Positions 1 to 9,783 of a stretch of 37,862 nt of DNA are shown here, piece by piece (position 1 is the first letter of the stretch; each line of letters opens with the position of its first letter). The notes below the pieces were generated by a model. It did not search any database and was not told the DNA's origin. It worked only from the letters and a program-made list of their open reading frames with translations. The stretch spans positions 14,055-51,916 of the forward strand of contig CAYGDO010000006.1 of assembly GCA_964348785.1 (NCBI GenBank), in the 5' to 3' direction. A program made the translations under genes and the position numbers. The stretch comes from an uncultured Candidatus Saccharibacteria bacterium. Lineage in GTDB: Bacteria > Patescibacteriota > Minisyncoccia > Phycocordibacterales > 2-02-FULL-43-11.

Positions 1-973
1 TTGCCTGGAGCGATACAACTTCCGCTGACTGTGGCAGAAATTGTTGGGGCGGTTAGAAGATTAACAACGACAGAACTAGACACAACTCCACTAACTGAAT
101 TGCATGTGATTGTGTATGTGGTTGGACTACTTGGTACAGAAACATTTAATTGAGTAGAGGTTGGATTAGCTTTAGCGCCACTCCAAGAAGCAACGGCTGG
201 ACTAGCTGAAGCAGAACATGTGCCTGAAGTTATTTGACTGCCTGTCCACTGGAGATCAACAGCACTACCTGTAGCAATAGTAATTGGGCCAGGAACATAA
301 GAAGCACCGGAGCCATTCTTTCTAACTGTGAGACTGATTGAACCTCCAGAGACAATAGTGACTGAAGCTGTAGCTTGGTTGTTTGCTTCATTTGATTCAG
401 TAATTGCACTGCCATTATCGGCTGTGATTCTAATTGTATATGTACCAACTGAAGAAGGTGTCCATGTTCCTGAAGTGACACTACCGGTGCCACTTGAAAC
501 TAAAACTCCAAGATTACGATCAGGAGAAATGGTAGACCAGGTTGAACCATTAAACACTTCGAATCTGTTAGAGAAACCGGCACCAGTCGTGTAGTTACCT
601 TGATTAGTAATTGTTGAAGAGAAAGTGATACTGCCTCCAACTACCAAAGCACTTGAAGTTGTTGGAGCTGAAGGAGTTAGATCAGGAGCACAACTATTCT
701 GCACCGTTCTCAATATTTCGTTTGAATCTACCTTCTCTGTTCCATTAACACTCTTCACTTTGTACAAGTGAGAAGAACCGGCGGCTAAACCTGTGTGTTG
801 ATATGTACAAGTTCCAGAAGCACAAGTTGGTGAACTTGAAAGAAGAGTTGTGCTGTCATAGACCTCGTAACCAGTGGCATTGGCAACCACTGGCCAGGTG
901 ATGGTTGCAGTATCAGTGTTGCCTGGAGCGATACAACTTCCGCTGACTGTGGCAGAAATTGTTGGGGCGGTTA
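1..973. repeat. Intragenic direct repeat (1-55 identical to 919-973; offset 918 nt = 306 codons)
   Basis: ttgcctggagcgatacaacttccgctgactgtggcagaaattgttggggcggtta occurs at both positions; cagaaacatttaattgagtagaggttggatta also occurs at 137 and 1058. Confidence 0.9.
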
Positions 974-3900
974 AAATGTTGACTGTAGCACTATCAGAAA
1001 CAACGCCCGCAAGCGAATTGCAAGTAATTGTATATGTTCTTGTGCCACTGACTGGAGCAGAAACATTTAATTGAGTAGAGGTTGGATTAACTTTAGAACC
1101 AGACCAACCATCTGAAGCTATACAACTCCCAGATGTAATATTTGTTCCATTCCATTGAAGATCGACATTACTTCCTGTAGCTATAACAATCGGGCCATTA
1201 ACGTAAGAATTAGCTGTTCCATTTTTTCTGATATCTAAATTAATATTACCTACTGGAGGAAGAATCACATCAACTGTACAAGTGTTGAAAGCACTTTGAG
1301 TACCGGAAGTGACATCGATTCTTGCTGTCTTAACTCCGGTTGAAGCATATGGGCCACTATTAACAGAATTGGTTAATGAAGTTGAGTTGTTGGTTACTCC
1401 TGTTGCTGTGTTACTCCATGTGTAGTTGTATGTTCCTGTTCCACCTACCGATGTTGCTGTCCAAGTAACTGTTTGGCTAGTGTTTGGGGAAGCTGGTGAG
1501 CCGACACAGGAGACGGTGAGACATCTATTTGCCATAGTAAACAAATATTCGTCCGATTCAGATTCATTTGAACCGCTAACACTTGCCACCTTATATCTAT
1601 ATGATGCTCCTGCTGAACGATTCAATCTTTCATAAGTGCAAGTTGTTGCAGTGCAACTTGTTGCTTGAACATTACCAATCCAAGGCCAAGTGCCAGTCCC
1701 AGAATCAAATTCATAAATTTTGTAACTGGTGGCTGAAGGTACAGGTGCCCAAGTCAAAGTCGCAGTGCCTGTTGCACCAGCGACACAAGATGGCCCAGTA
1801 ACAGTAACTACGGGTTTAGACAAAACGTTAACAACAACGGTATCAAAAATAATACCGCTAACACTTGGGCATTCAATTCTGTATGTAGAAGGGTTGCTTG
1901 GAACAGAAACATTTGATTGAGTTTGAGTAGGTGTAACTAAAGTTGGAGCTGTCTTAGAACCACTCCAACCATTAGACGCCGTACAAGCACCCGTAATATT
2001 TGTTCCATTCCATTGAAGGTCAACCGCATTACCAGCACCAACGGCAATTGGGCCATCAACATAAACATCAGCTGTTCCAGCTTTACGAACTTTTAGATCA
2101 AGAGTGCCAGGATAAACAACATTAAAAGGCAAAACTGAAGTCCTGCAGTTATTACCCTCATTTGATTCTAAAATATTATCTACGTGACTTCCTAAATTTC
2201 CATTATCAGCACAAGCTTCAATATTGTAATTACCAACTACGGCAGTCCAAGAACCGGAAGTCACATCTCTATCGCTATTTACGTCTAGTCTATTTAAGAA
2301 AGGGCTGGAACCTAAGGTCGTCCTTTGACCTGTACCTGTATTTACTACTACAAAACGATTATAAAAACGCTCATCAATATCCACATCTCCCTGATTTCTA
2401 ATTATCGCTCTAAAAGTCAAAGCTTGACCTTCTGTTAAAGTACCAGACTGCACTACAACAGGGTCATTCAACACTATCAAATCAGGAAGACACGCCGATG
2501 CTGTTAAAGCACTCGATGCTCCGCTCCAGGCAGAATCACCAGCTAAAGCTGAAGTGGCCTTAATACGAAAATAATATGTAGTATTCAACGCCAAACTTGG
2601 AACAGTGTAAGTTGTCGTATTAATTGGTCTATTAATATTTACAACACCAGAAGAAAAAGTGTTATTCGTCGCATATTGTATTGCATAACCATCCTCATCT
2701 GCGACATTGGCCCAATTTAAAATTACAGAACCGACTCCACAGGAAGAGGAGGGGGTGGCAGACAATATTGTAGGGGTTGGTGGCGGGTTAGCGTTTACAT
2801 AATTGGCAATTACAGTTTTAGATTGGCCACCACCAGATGAAATAACCTCACTGATTCTACACTGTCTTGGACCAGGATAAGAATCACAACCAGACCATGC
2901 ATCAAAACTTCCACCAAAAGCGCTGGTAGAAGCCAGCAAAGTCACATTGTTTAAATTAACATCAACGATTTTTGTATAATCAGTATCTCCGCCCATACCC
3001 GTTGGAGTACCCGATAATTGAGAAATAGGCACTATGACTCTAGATAAACTATTTAAAGTAGATCTGACTTCTAAGGTGTTTTTAAAATTATTTGGAGAGA
3101 TAGTTGGAATAGTATTCAATCTTGGGTTAATTTGTGGGTCATTAATATCAACAGTGGCGCCATTAATAACACAAGAAACAGGAGACACACCCAAAGCTGG
3201 CGTTACCGCCACACAATTGCTATCAAAATAGTTAACTCCTCCACCGCCAGCACAAGCTTGGACATCAGCAGTTGCAGAGAAACCAACGACATTTAAAGGG
3301 GAAAACGGCAGAGATCGTCTCGCTGGACTACCTGCACAACTAACAGCGTCGTACGCGAGTGTATTCAATGGGTCACACTGACCATTATAAACAATTTCGG
3401 TCCCTCCTAAATCACAATTATAAACGCCTCTAAATGTGGCATTTATATCAAATGGATAGTTACCCGATTTTAAAAAATGCGCCCTAAACAAATTTCCGCC
3501 AAAACCTTCAGGATTCAAATATTGTTGACTGCCAATAAAATTATTCCAAACTTGTATTGAAAAACCAAGACTTCCTCCCCTGCCCTCAGCCCTTGCACCA
3601 CAACCATAATTTGACCCAGAAAGTGGAATCGTTAGAGAATTGTTATCAGCCATTGCGTTTAAATCCTCACAACCAACCCCGGCGGCATTAAAATCTCGCC
3701 ACTGGGGAGGAGCCATAAAAGCGTCAAAAACTCTATAAGGCGCCAAAATAACATCTGCCGACCCATCAACATAAAGATTACTCCATCTAGGTGATGGACA
3801 ATTTTGCACAGTGATTCCAGCTGTAGTAGTCCAATCCCCGTTACCATCTATTGTTATGTTATTACCAAGATCCGCCCTGCAAACACCCGCCAAACTGGGG

Positions 3901-4412
3901 CTTGGTTCGGAATAATTAAAGTTAGCCGATGTGCAATTATTTGATTCATTTGATTCAGCAATAGATCCTCCACTATCAACACAAGCTTCTATTGTCCAAG
4001 ACCCAGGAGTAAGAGCGCCTGCACCAAATTCAGTAACCATTAATCCTCCGGCTGAAACGGTATAAACAGGATTCCACCAAAATCTACAAGCGCTATTTAA
4101 ACAAGAAGTTTGCGTATAAACAGTACTGCCACCGAACTTGTAATTCACAGTAACATCTATTGGGGTATCAGCAGGAGTTGGAGTGGTGCCATTGTTTGTA
4201 ACTCTAATTACTTGCGTGGATCCATAATTTGGTGCCAAAGCACCATTTTCTGAGTAAACTTTTCCTAAACTTTCAACGCTTGTAACTGACAAATCAATTG
4301 CAGCATTAGCTAAGCCTACATTGAAAAAAGAAAACAAACAAAAGAAAAACAACCCAACTATTAAACCGTTCAGAAAAAATCTCTTAAAACTTTTTAAAGT
4401 GTTAATTATCAA
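1..4412 (-). CDS. Very large secreted/surface protein with CARDB-like, FN3-like and Ig/PKD-like repeats (3' end runs off the window)
   Basis: Not in the ORF track, presumably because no stop lies in the window. TTG at 4412 gives MIINTLKSFKRFFLNGLIVGLFFFCLFSFFNVGLANA|AIDLSV (signal peptide). Same frame spot-checked near 3660, 2400 (PDLIVLNDPVVVQSGTLTEGQALTFRAIIRNQG, CARDB-like) and 3-53. Thr/Ser/Gly/Cys-rich. Not every codon was checked. Confidence 0.85.
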   Translation of the reverse strand, partial: MIINTLKSFKRFFLNGLIVGLFFFCLFSFFNVGLANAAIDLSVTSVESLGKVYSENGALAPNYGSTQVIRVTNNGTTPTPADTPIDVTVNYKFGGSTVYTQTSCLNSACRFWWNPVYTVSAGGLMVTEFGAGALTPGSWTIEACVDSGGSIAESNESNNCTSANFNYSEPSPSLAGVCRADLGNNITIDGNGDWTTTAGITVQNCPSPRWSNLYVDGSADVILAPYRVFDAFMAPPQWRDFNAAGVGCEDLNAMADNNSLTIPLSGSNYGCGARAEGRGGSLGFSIQVWNNFIGSQQYLNPEGFGGNLFRAHFLKSGNYPFDINATFRGVYNCDLGGTEIVYNGQCDPLNTLAYDAVSCAGSPARRSLPFSPLNVVGFSATADVQACAGGGGVNYFDSNCVAVTPALGVSPVSCVINGATVDINDPQINPRLNTIPTISPNNFKNTLEVRSTLNSLSRVIVPISQLSGTPTGMGGDTDYTKIVDVNLNNVTLLASTSAFGGSFDAWSGCDSYPGPRQCRISEVISSGGGQSKTVIANYVNANPPPTPTILSATPSSSCGVGSVILNWANVADEDGYAIQYATNNTFSSGVVNINRPINTTTYTVPSLALNTTYYFRIKATSALAGDSAWSGASSALTASACLPDLIVLNDPVVVQSGTLTEGQALTFRAIIRNQGDVDIDERFYNRFVVVNTGTGQRTTLGSSPFLNRLDVNSDRDVTSGSWTAVVGNYNIEACADNGNLGSHVDNILESNEGNNCRTSVLPFNVVYPGTLDLKVRKAGTADVYVDGPIAVGAGNAVDLQWNGTNITGACTASNGWSGSKTAPTLVTPTQTQSNVSVPSNPSTYRIECPSVSGIIFDTVVVNVLSKPVVTVTGPSCVAGATGTATLTWAPVPSATSYKIYEFDSGTGTWPWIGNVQATSCTATTCTYERLNRSAGASYRYKVASVSGSNESESDEYLFTMANRCLTVSCVGSPASPNTSQTVTWTATSVGGTGTYNYTWSNTATGVTNNSTSLTNSVNSGPYASTGVKTARIDVTSGTQSAFNTCTVDVILPPVGNINLDIRKNGTANSYVNGPIVIATGSNVDLQWNGTNITSGSCIASDGWSGSKVNPTSTQLNVSAPVSGTRTYTITCNSLAGVVSDSATVNILTAPTISATVSGSCIAPGNTDTATITWPVVANATGYEVYDSTTLLSSSPTCASGTCTYQHTGLAAGSSHLYKVKSVNGTEKVDSNEILRTVQNSCAPDLTPSAPTTSSALVVGGSITFSSTITNQGNYTTGAGFSNRFEVFNGSTWSTISPDRNLGVLVSSGTGSVTSGTWTPSSVGTYTIRITADNGSAITESNEANNQATASVTIVSGGSISLTVRKNGSGASYVPGPITIATGSAVDLQWTGSQITSGTCSASASPAVASWSGAKANPTSTQLNVSVPSSPTTYTITCNSVSGVVSSSVVVNLLTAPTISATVSGSCIAPG

Positions 4413-4444
4413 TTGTTTAGGCGAAAACTATAATCCACAAACTC

Positions 4445-4786
4445 TTATCTATTCAAAGCATCAATGATGGCTTTTTTGTCTTGCTCTGTAAAACCGTAAA
4501 AATTGATTAACTCACCATTCAAAGCGGCAGTAATTTGACTCTTTTCTGCCTGTGTTAAAGGTGTTTTTTTGGCAACTAATGCCATAATTTCGGCCTTATT
4601 TTTTTTAATTGTGGAATCACCAGGAGGCGTAACTTTTGACGCACCGTTTAATGTCGGAGAACCATTTCCTGAATTAACAGGATTCATTTTTGCTCCACCA
4701 AAAGAGTAAAAAAGCCAACCTAAAATAGCCAGTGCGATTACAATACCTATAAAATAAAAAGGGGTTTTTGAACTTGTATTATTCAT
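4445..4786 (-). CDS. Hypothetical membrane-anchored protein, probably co-transcribed with the large surface protein
   Basis: N-terminal TM helix (FYFIGIVIALAILGWLFYSF); MNNTSSK at 4786 chosen over 4819 because the latter overlaps a TATAAT box. Confidence 0.7.
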   Translation of the reverse strand: MNNTSSKTPFYFIGIVIALAILGWLFYSFGGAKMNPVNSGNGSPTLNGASKVTPPGDSTIKKNKAEIMALVAKKTPLTQAEKSQITAALNGELINFYGFTEQDKKAIIDALNR

Positions 4787-4871
4787 AAAAATTTTAATAA
4801 CACTAATAACTAATATCATTATACACCCAATCGAAGAATAAAGTTTTTAAAAAAATGTTGATAACCAGTGA

Positions 4872-4989
4872 ACGTGTAATATGAGTCATGAAACATGTAA
4901 CGTGAATCTTAAAGTGCTTGAATCACTGAACAAAATTTTACTTAAATTTAAAATCTTTCGTTACGTGTTTCAAGCTCCATGCTTCATGA
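4872..4989. repeat. Inverted arrays of degenerate heptamers around an AT-rich centre
   Basis: acgtgta-atatgag-tcatgaa-acatgta-acgtgaa (4872-4906) faces gttacgt-gtttcaa-gctccat-gcttcat (4960-4987). Confidence 0.6.
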
Positions 4990-5112
4990 TCAAATTTGAT
5001 CTCGTTAGAAGCCACGGACACTAAACATAGATTAGGAAACATTTTCAAAATTAAACTTAAACCAATACTTACTAAAGAATATTTAACTGTCTGTGTCCTG
5101 CTTCTAACGGGA

Positions 5113-5179
5113 TTGACAAAAACCTTAATTCTAGTACCATTAAATTCAACAGAGTTCGCCGTGGGCGGACTTTTTTATT
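5113..5179 (+). promoter_or_regulatory. nusA promoter followed by a terminator-like leader hairpin
   Basis: TTGACA(5113)-16 nt-TACCAT(5135); hairpin agagttcgcc-gtg-ggcggacttt plus T-run at 5151-5176. Confidence 0.6.
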
Positions 5180-5214
5180 AAAAAGGGTCAAAAAAACCCT
5201 TAAAAAACAACAAT

Positions 5215-6402
5215 ATGTTATTTGATCTAAAAGTGATAAATTCGGTACTTGCCCAACTTGAAGAAGAAAGGGGTATACCAAAAGAGAAAATATTAGAAGC
5301 GATAGAGGCCGCCTTAGCTACTGCTTATAAAAAGGAATATGGCAAAAAAGGCCAAATTATAAGGGCAAAATTTGATTTGGAGACTGGAGATACTCAGTTT
5401 TACCAAGTAAAAATTGTAGTTGATGATACAAAAGTCATAATAAAACCAGAAGGTGAAGAGACTGAAAGGGATCCTGAAGATGACCGGATTTTATACAGCC
5501 CAGAACATCATTTAATGATAGAAGACGCTCGTTTAATAAAAAAAGATGCCAAAGTTGACGATGAAATTACATTTCCTTTGGACAATAAAGCTGATTACGG
5601 CAGAATTGCAGCCCAAACAGCTAAACAAGTCATAATACAAAAAATAAGAGAGGCTGAAAAAGTCTCAGTTATGAGTGAATACGGCCAAAGAGAAGGAGAA
5701 ATCGTCTCCGGAACAGTCCAAAGAATAGAACGAGGTAATATATTCATAGATATGGGCCGAGCCACTGGTATTTTGCCTTTTGAAGAGCAAATTCCAGGTG
5801 AAAGGTTCAAACAAGGAGAAAGAGTAAGAGGCTATCTATTTAAAGTAGAAGAAAGTCCAAGAGGAGTATTCCTTAAACTTTCTCGTTCTCATCCAAAATT
5901 TATATATGAGCTTTTCAAACAAGAATCTCCTGAAGTGGCTAATGCTGTAGTAGAAATAAAGGCCATTGCAAGAGAACCGGGCTCAAGATCAAAAGTTGCC
6001 GTTTTTTCAAATGATCAACACATAGACCCGGTTGGTTCCTTGGTTGGACAAAGAGGAGTAAGAGTTTCCACCGTAATGAGCGAATTGGGAGGAGAAAAAA
6101 TAGACATTATTGAATGGTCAGCTGATGCAGGACAATTTGTGGCTGATTCTTTATCCCCCGCTAAAATCTTAGAGGTGACAATAGATGAAGGGGAACACAA
6201 AGCTACAGCCATTGTCTCAGAAGACCAACAATCTCTAGCAATTGGAAAAGGCGGACAAAATGTACGTCTTGCAGCCAAATTAACTGGTTGGAAAATAGAT
6301 ATTAAATCAGTAAAAGGAGAAGAGGTTGCGGTTGCAGAAGTTAATAAAGATGTAAAAGCAGAAGTGATTGCAAAAGAAGAAAGTACTAGCGAAAAAGCTT
6401 AA
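5215..6402 (+). CDS. nusA: Transcription termination/antitermination factor NusA
   Basis: GRIAAQTAKQVIIQKIREAE, S1 domain, KH motifs AREPGSRSKVAV and SLAIGKGGQNVRLAAKLTGWKIDI. Confidence 0.98.
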   Translation: MLFDLKVINSVLAQLEEERGIPKEKILEAIEAALATAYKKEYGKKGQIIRAKFDLETGDTQFYQVKIVVDDTKVIIKPEGEETERDPEDDRILYSPEHHLMIEDARLIKKDAKVDDEITFPLDNKADYGRIAAQTAKQVIIQKIREAEKVSVMSEYGQREGEIVSGTVQRIERGNIFIDMGRATGILPFEEQIPGERFKQGERVRGYLFKVEESPRGVFLKLSRSHPKFIYELFKQESPEVANAVVEIKAIAREPGSRSKVAVFSNDQHIDPVGSLVGQRGVRVSTVMSELGGEKIDIIEWSADAGQFVADSLSPAKILEVTIDEGEHKATAIVSEDQQSLAIGKGGQNVRLAAKLTGWKIDIKSVKGEEVAVAEVNKDVKAEVIAKEESTSEKA

Positions 6403-6445
6403 AAAGTTATAACTTATTAATAAATTTAAAAGTTGAAAGAACAAA

Positions 6446-8440
6446 ATGAGTAACTACTTAATTTTTGGGATTGTAAGTTCTATATTTGCCATAATCTACG
6501 GTTTAATTATGGCCAAAATTATTCTCAATAAACCAGCTGGTAATAAAGAAATGCAGGATATCGCTTTAGCTATTCAATCTGGAGCAAAAGCTTATCTAAA
6601 CAGACAATACAAAACCATTGGGATGATAGCAGTGGTTATATTCGCCATATTATGGTGGATTTTGGATTTTACTACCGCAATCGGATTTATCGTAGGAGCC
6701 GTTTCATCGGCTTTAGCGGGATATATAGGAATGAATGTTTCAGTAAAAGCCAATGTCAGAACCACCGAAGCCGCAAGAGAAGGCCTCGCACCAGCCCTTG
6801 CTTTGGCCTTTAAAGGAGGTAGCGTTACTGGGCTTTTAGTTGTTGGGTTGGCATTGCTCTCAACTACCGTTTTTTACGCAATAACTCAAAATATACAATC
6901 TCTTATTGGCTTAGGTTTTGGAGCAAGTTTGATATCAGTCTTTGCCAGATTGGGAGGTGGAATATTCACAAAAGCGGCCGACGTTGGTGCGGATCTTGTC
7001 GGTAAAGTTGAAGCAGGCATTCCCGAAGATGACCCTCGCAATCCTGCTGTTATCGCCGATAATGTTGGAGATAACGTTGGAGACTGTGCTGGTATGGCAG
7101 CTGACTTATTTGAAACTTACGCTGTCACATCAATAGCGGCAATGCTCTTAGGCTCTTTAGTCTTTCCAGACTTTCCAAATGCAGTAATTTATCCTTTAGC
7201 AATAGGGGCAGTAGCAATTATTGCCTCAATAATCGGCACATTTTTTGCTAAACTTGGTAAATCACAAAACATAATGAACGCTTTGTATAAAGCGCTCATA
7301 GTATCAGGAGTAATATCAGCTATTGGTATATACCCCCTCACCACCAAACTGATGGCAGATAATGGAAAATATTTAACCATGGATTTGTTTTACTGTGCAC
7401 TCATTGGTCTTATTGTTACAGGTCTTATCGTCATAATCACTGAATACTATACAAGTACTAAATACTCCCCAGTTCAATCAATTGCCAAAGCTTCCACTTC
7501 TGGACATGGAACAAACATCATCCAAGGTTTAGCTATTTCAATGAAGGCTACAGCTTTGCCTTTGCTAACAATTGTAGCTGGAATTTTATCTTCTTATCAT
7601 TATGGCGGTCTTTACGGTATAGCAATTGCAGCAATGAGCATGCTTTCATTGGCTGGAATTATTGTTGCTATAGATGCTTTTGGACCAATAACGGATAATG
7701 CTGGAGGTATAGCTGAAATGGCCCACCTACCAGAAAGCGTAAGAAACGTAACTGATCCATTGGATGCTGTTGGAAATACTACAAAAGCAGTCACAAAAGG
7801 TTACGCTATCGGCTCTGCTGGTCTTGCTGCCCTTGTACTTTTTGCTTCTTATACAGAAGAATTCACAAAATTAGGTGTTGAACTAAACTTCTCTCTTGGA
7901 GATCCAAAAGTAATAGTTGGATTATTCATTGGAGGTCTTCTACCTTACTACTTTGCCGCTCTTTCTATGGAGGCGGTAGGTAAAACAGCGGGAAAAGTAG
8001 TCGAGGAAGTAAGAAGACAGTTCAGAGAAATCAAAGGCATTATGGAAGGAAAAGCCAAACCCGATTACGAAAGAAGTGTAGACATTGTCACAAAAGCCGC
8101 CATCAAAGAAATGATTGTTCCCTCCCTTATTCCAGTTTTGTCACCAATCATAGTTGGCTTCACACTTGGTCCTGTTGCCCTAGGAGGTCTATTAGTAGGA
8201 AGCATAGTAACCGGTCTATTCGTTGCAATCTCAATGACTTCAGGAGGTGGAGCTTGGGATAATGCCAAAAAATATATTGAGCAAGGAAACTTTGGTGGAA
8301 AAGGAAGTGATGCACACAAAGCGGCAATTACTGGAGATACTGTCGGTGATCCATATAAAGATACAGCTGGTCCAGCAATAAACCCAATGATTAAAATCAT
8401 CAACATCATTGCTCTCCTTATAATTCCTTTTATTATCTAA
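6446..8440 (+). CDS. hppA: Membrane-bound H+-translocating pyrophosphatase (K+-independent signature)
   Basis: [45 protein letters not shown] and [14 protein letters not shown] motifs; many TM helices. Confidence 0.97.
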   Translation: MSNYLIFGIVSSIFAIIYGLIMAKIILNKPAGNKEMQDIALAIQSGAKAYLNRQYKTIGMIAVVIFAILWWILDFTTAIGFIVGAVSSALAGYIGMNVSVKANVRTTEAAREGLAPALALAFKGGSVTGLLVVGLALLSTTVFYAITQNIQSLIGLGFGASLISVFARLGGGIFTKAADVGADLVGKVEAGIPEDDPRNPAVIADNVGDNVGDCAGMAADLFETYAVTSIAAMLLGSLVFPDFPNAVIYPLAIGAVAIIASIIGTFFAKLGKSQNIMNALYKALIVSGVISAIGIYPLTTKLMADNGKYLTMDLFYCALIGLIVTGLIVIITEYYTSTKYSPVQSIAKASTSGHGTNIIQGLAISMKATALPLLTIVAGILSSYHYGGLYGIAIAAMSMLSLAGIIVAIDAFGPITDNAGGIAEMAHLPESVRNVTDPLDAVGNTTKAVTKGYAIGSAGLAALVLFASYTEEFTKLGVELNFSLGDPKVIVGLFIGGLLPYYFAALSMEAVGKTAGKVVEEVRRQFREIKGIMEGKAKPDYERSVDIVTKAAIKEMIVPSLIPVLSPIIVGFTLGPVALGGLLVGSIVTGLFVAISMTSGGGAWDNAKKYIEQGNFGGKGSDAHKAAITGDTVGDPYKDTAGPAINPMIKIINIIALLIIPFII

Positions 8441-8450
8441 AATTAAAAAA

Positions 8451-8496
8451 GGTTAAGAAACAAAAAATCCCGCAAGGGATTTTTTGTTTCTTAACC
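8451..8496 (+). terminator. Intrinsic terminator with perfect 21-bp inverted repeat and GCAA loop
   Basis: ggttaagaaacaaaaaatccc-gcaa-gggattttttgtttcttaacc, 10 nt after the hppA stop. Confidence 0.85.
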
Positions 8497-8558
8497 AAGG
8501 TGTATAATTAGAAAATTGAGTCAAAAAGATTCAAATTTATCAGTTCATAAAATAAAAA

Positions 8559-9443
8559 ATGAAAAAAATATTATTAGGAGTGGTATTAAGTTTAGCGTTA
8601 GTTTTAACTGGCGTAGCAAACGCCGAAGAAAATGAAACCTCAACAAATGCTACAAACGGCACACCAACCACCAACACAATTGAGACGAACAGAAAACCTG
8701 GACTTAAAACAAATAATCCTGCAATAAAACAAGACGTCAAAAATGACAAGGCTAATTTCAAAAATAAAGTAACAGAACAAAAACAAGATTTAAAAACTCA
8801 GACAGTGGAGGCAAGACAAAACCTTAAAACAACCAATGAAAAACTTCGTACAGACAATCAAGAATTAATGAAAAACCCTAAGGAAAACAAAGAAGAAATT
8901 CAGAAAAATCGAGAAATAATAATGAAAACTAACAAGCAAGAAACCCAAGAAAAAATTAAAACAAACAGAGAAGAGACCAGAACAAATATTAAAGAAGACA
9001 GGGAAGCTTTCAGAGAAGAAGTCCAAGTTAAAAAAGAAACTTTGATAAAAGACAAGAAAGAAACAGTAAAAAGTTTTGCCTTAAAAACAATTGGCAGATT
9101 ATCAGAGTCACTAAACAAATTTGAACAACTTGTAATAAAAGTCGAAAATAGAGTTTCTTCAGTAAAGGCAATAAATATTGAAATCATAAAGCCAAAAATA
9201 GAAAATGCTAAAGCCAAAATCGCTGAAGCAAAAAATATTTTGGTCTCATCAAAAACTGCAATCGAAGGAGCAACAATGGACACAGTTGGTACAGGGATTA
9301 TAAAAGAAGCGCTAGCCAAAGCAACAAGAGCTGAAAAAACAGCCAGGCAAGCCGTAACAGAATTGCTAGCATCTTTCCAAGTAAAAAACGGTAGCGAAAA
9401 AAAACTTGAAAATGCCACAACAACACCTGCTACAAATATATAA
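8559..9443 (+). CDS. Secreted coiled-coil hypothetical protein
   Basis: Signal peptide MKKILLGVVLSLALVLTGVANA followed by K/E/N-rich helical repeats. Confidence 0.85.
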   Translation: MKKILLGVVLSLALVLTGVANAEENETSTNATNGTPTTNTIETNRKPGLKTNNPAIKQDVKNDKANFKNKVTEQKQDLKTQTVEARQNLKTTNEKLRTDNQELMKNPKENKEEIQKNREIIMKTNKQETQEKIKTNREETRTNIKEDREAFREEVQVKKETLIKDKKETVKSFALKTIGRLSESLNKFEQLVIKVENRVSSVKAINIEIIKPKIENAKAKIAEAKNILVSSKTAIEGATMDTVGTGIIKEALAKATRAEKTARQAVTELLASFQVKNGSEKKLENATTTPATNI

Positions 9444-9473
9444 ATTTAAATTATAAAAAAATAAATTAAAAAA

Positions 9474-9710
9474 ATGGACGAACAAAAAAACTTACAACAA
9501 CCAGAAAAAAATTCCACCGGGGCACTGATCGGCTCAATAATAGTTATCATCGTATTAGTCCTGGGTGCAATATATTTTTGGGGAGGTAAATTAAACTCAA
9601 CAAGAGATACCGGAGCGGCCAATGTGGCAGAAACACAAAGTGAGATTGCCGATCTTGAAAATGATTTAAACGACATACCTGAAATTGATGTGGATATAAA
9701 TAGTATCTAA
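9474..9710 (+). CDS. Small single-TM protein with acidic tail
   Basis: TM GALIGSIIVIIVLVLGAIYFWG; acidic C-terminus SEIADLENDLNDIPEIDVDINSI. Confidence 0.8.
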   Translation: MDEQKNLQQPEKNSTGALIGSIIVIIVLVLGAIYFWGGKLNSTRDTGAANVAETQSEIADLENDLNDIPEIDVDINSI

Positions 9711-9733
9711 AAATTTCATAAAAAATCTACTTC

Positions 9734-9774
9734 TAACCCGCCGTTTTGCTTTTTGCGAAACGGCGGGTTAAACT
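9734..9774 (+). promoter_or_regulatory. GC-rich hairpin overlapping the likely tig promoter
   Basis: taacccgccgttttgc...gcgaaacggcgggtta; contains TTGCTT(9746)-17 nt-TAAACT(9769). Confidence 0.55.
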
Positions 9775-9783
9775 TTGCCCATT

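Noticed and set aside
1..1100. DGR template/variable repeat or CRISPR array
   Set aside because: The repeats are in-frame protein modules with no evident adenine-specific mismatch pattern; no reverse transcriptase, cas genes or repeat-spacer periodicity in the window.
230..3847. Short ORF-track entries in 230-3847
   Set aside because: Shadow ORFs of the large minus-strand surface protein; the same applies to antisense ORFs inside nusA, hppA, tig, rny, cca, pnp and pcrA.
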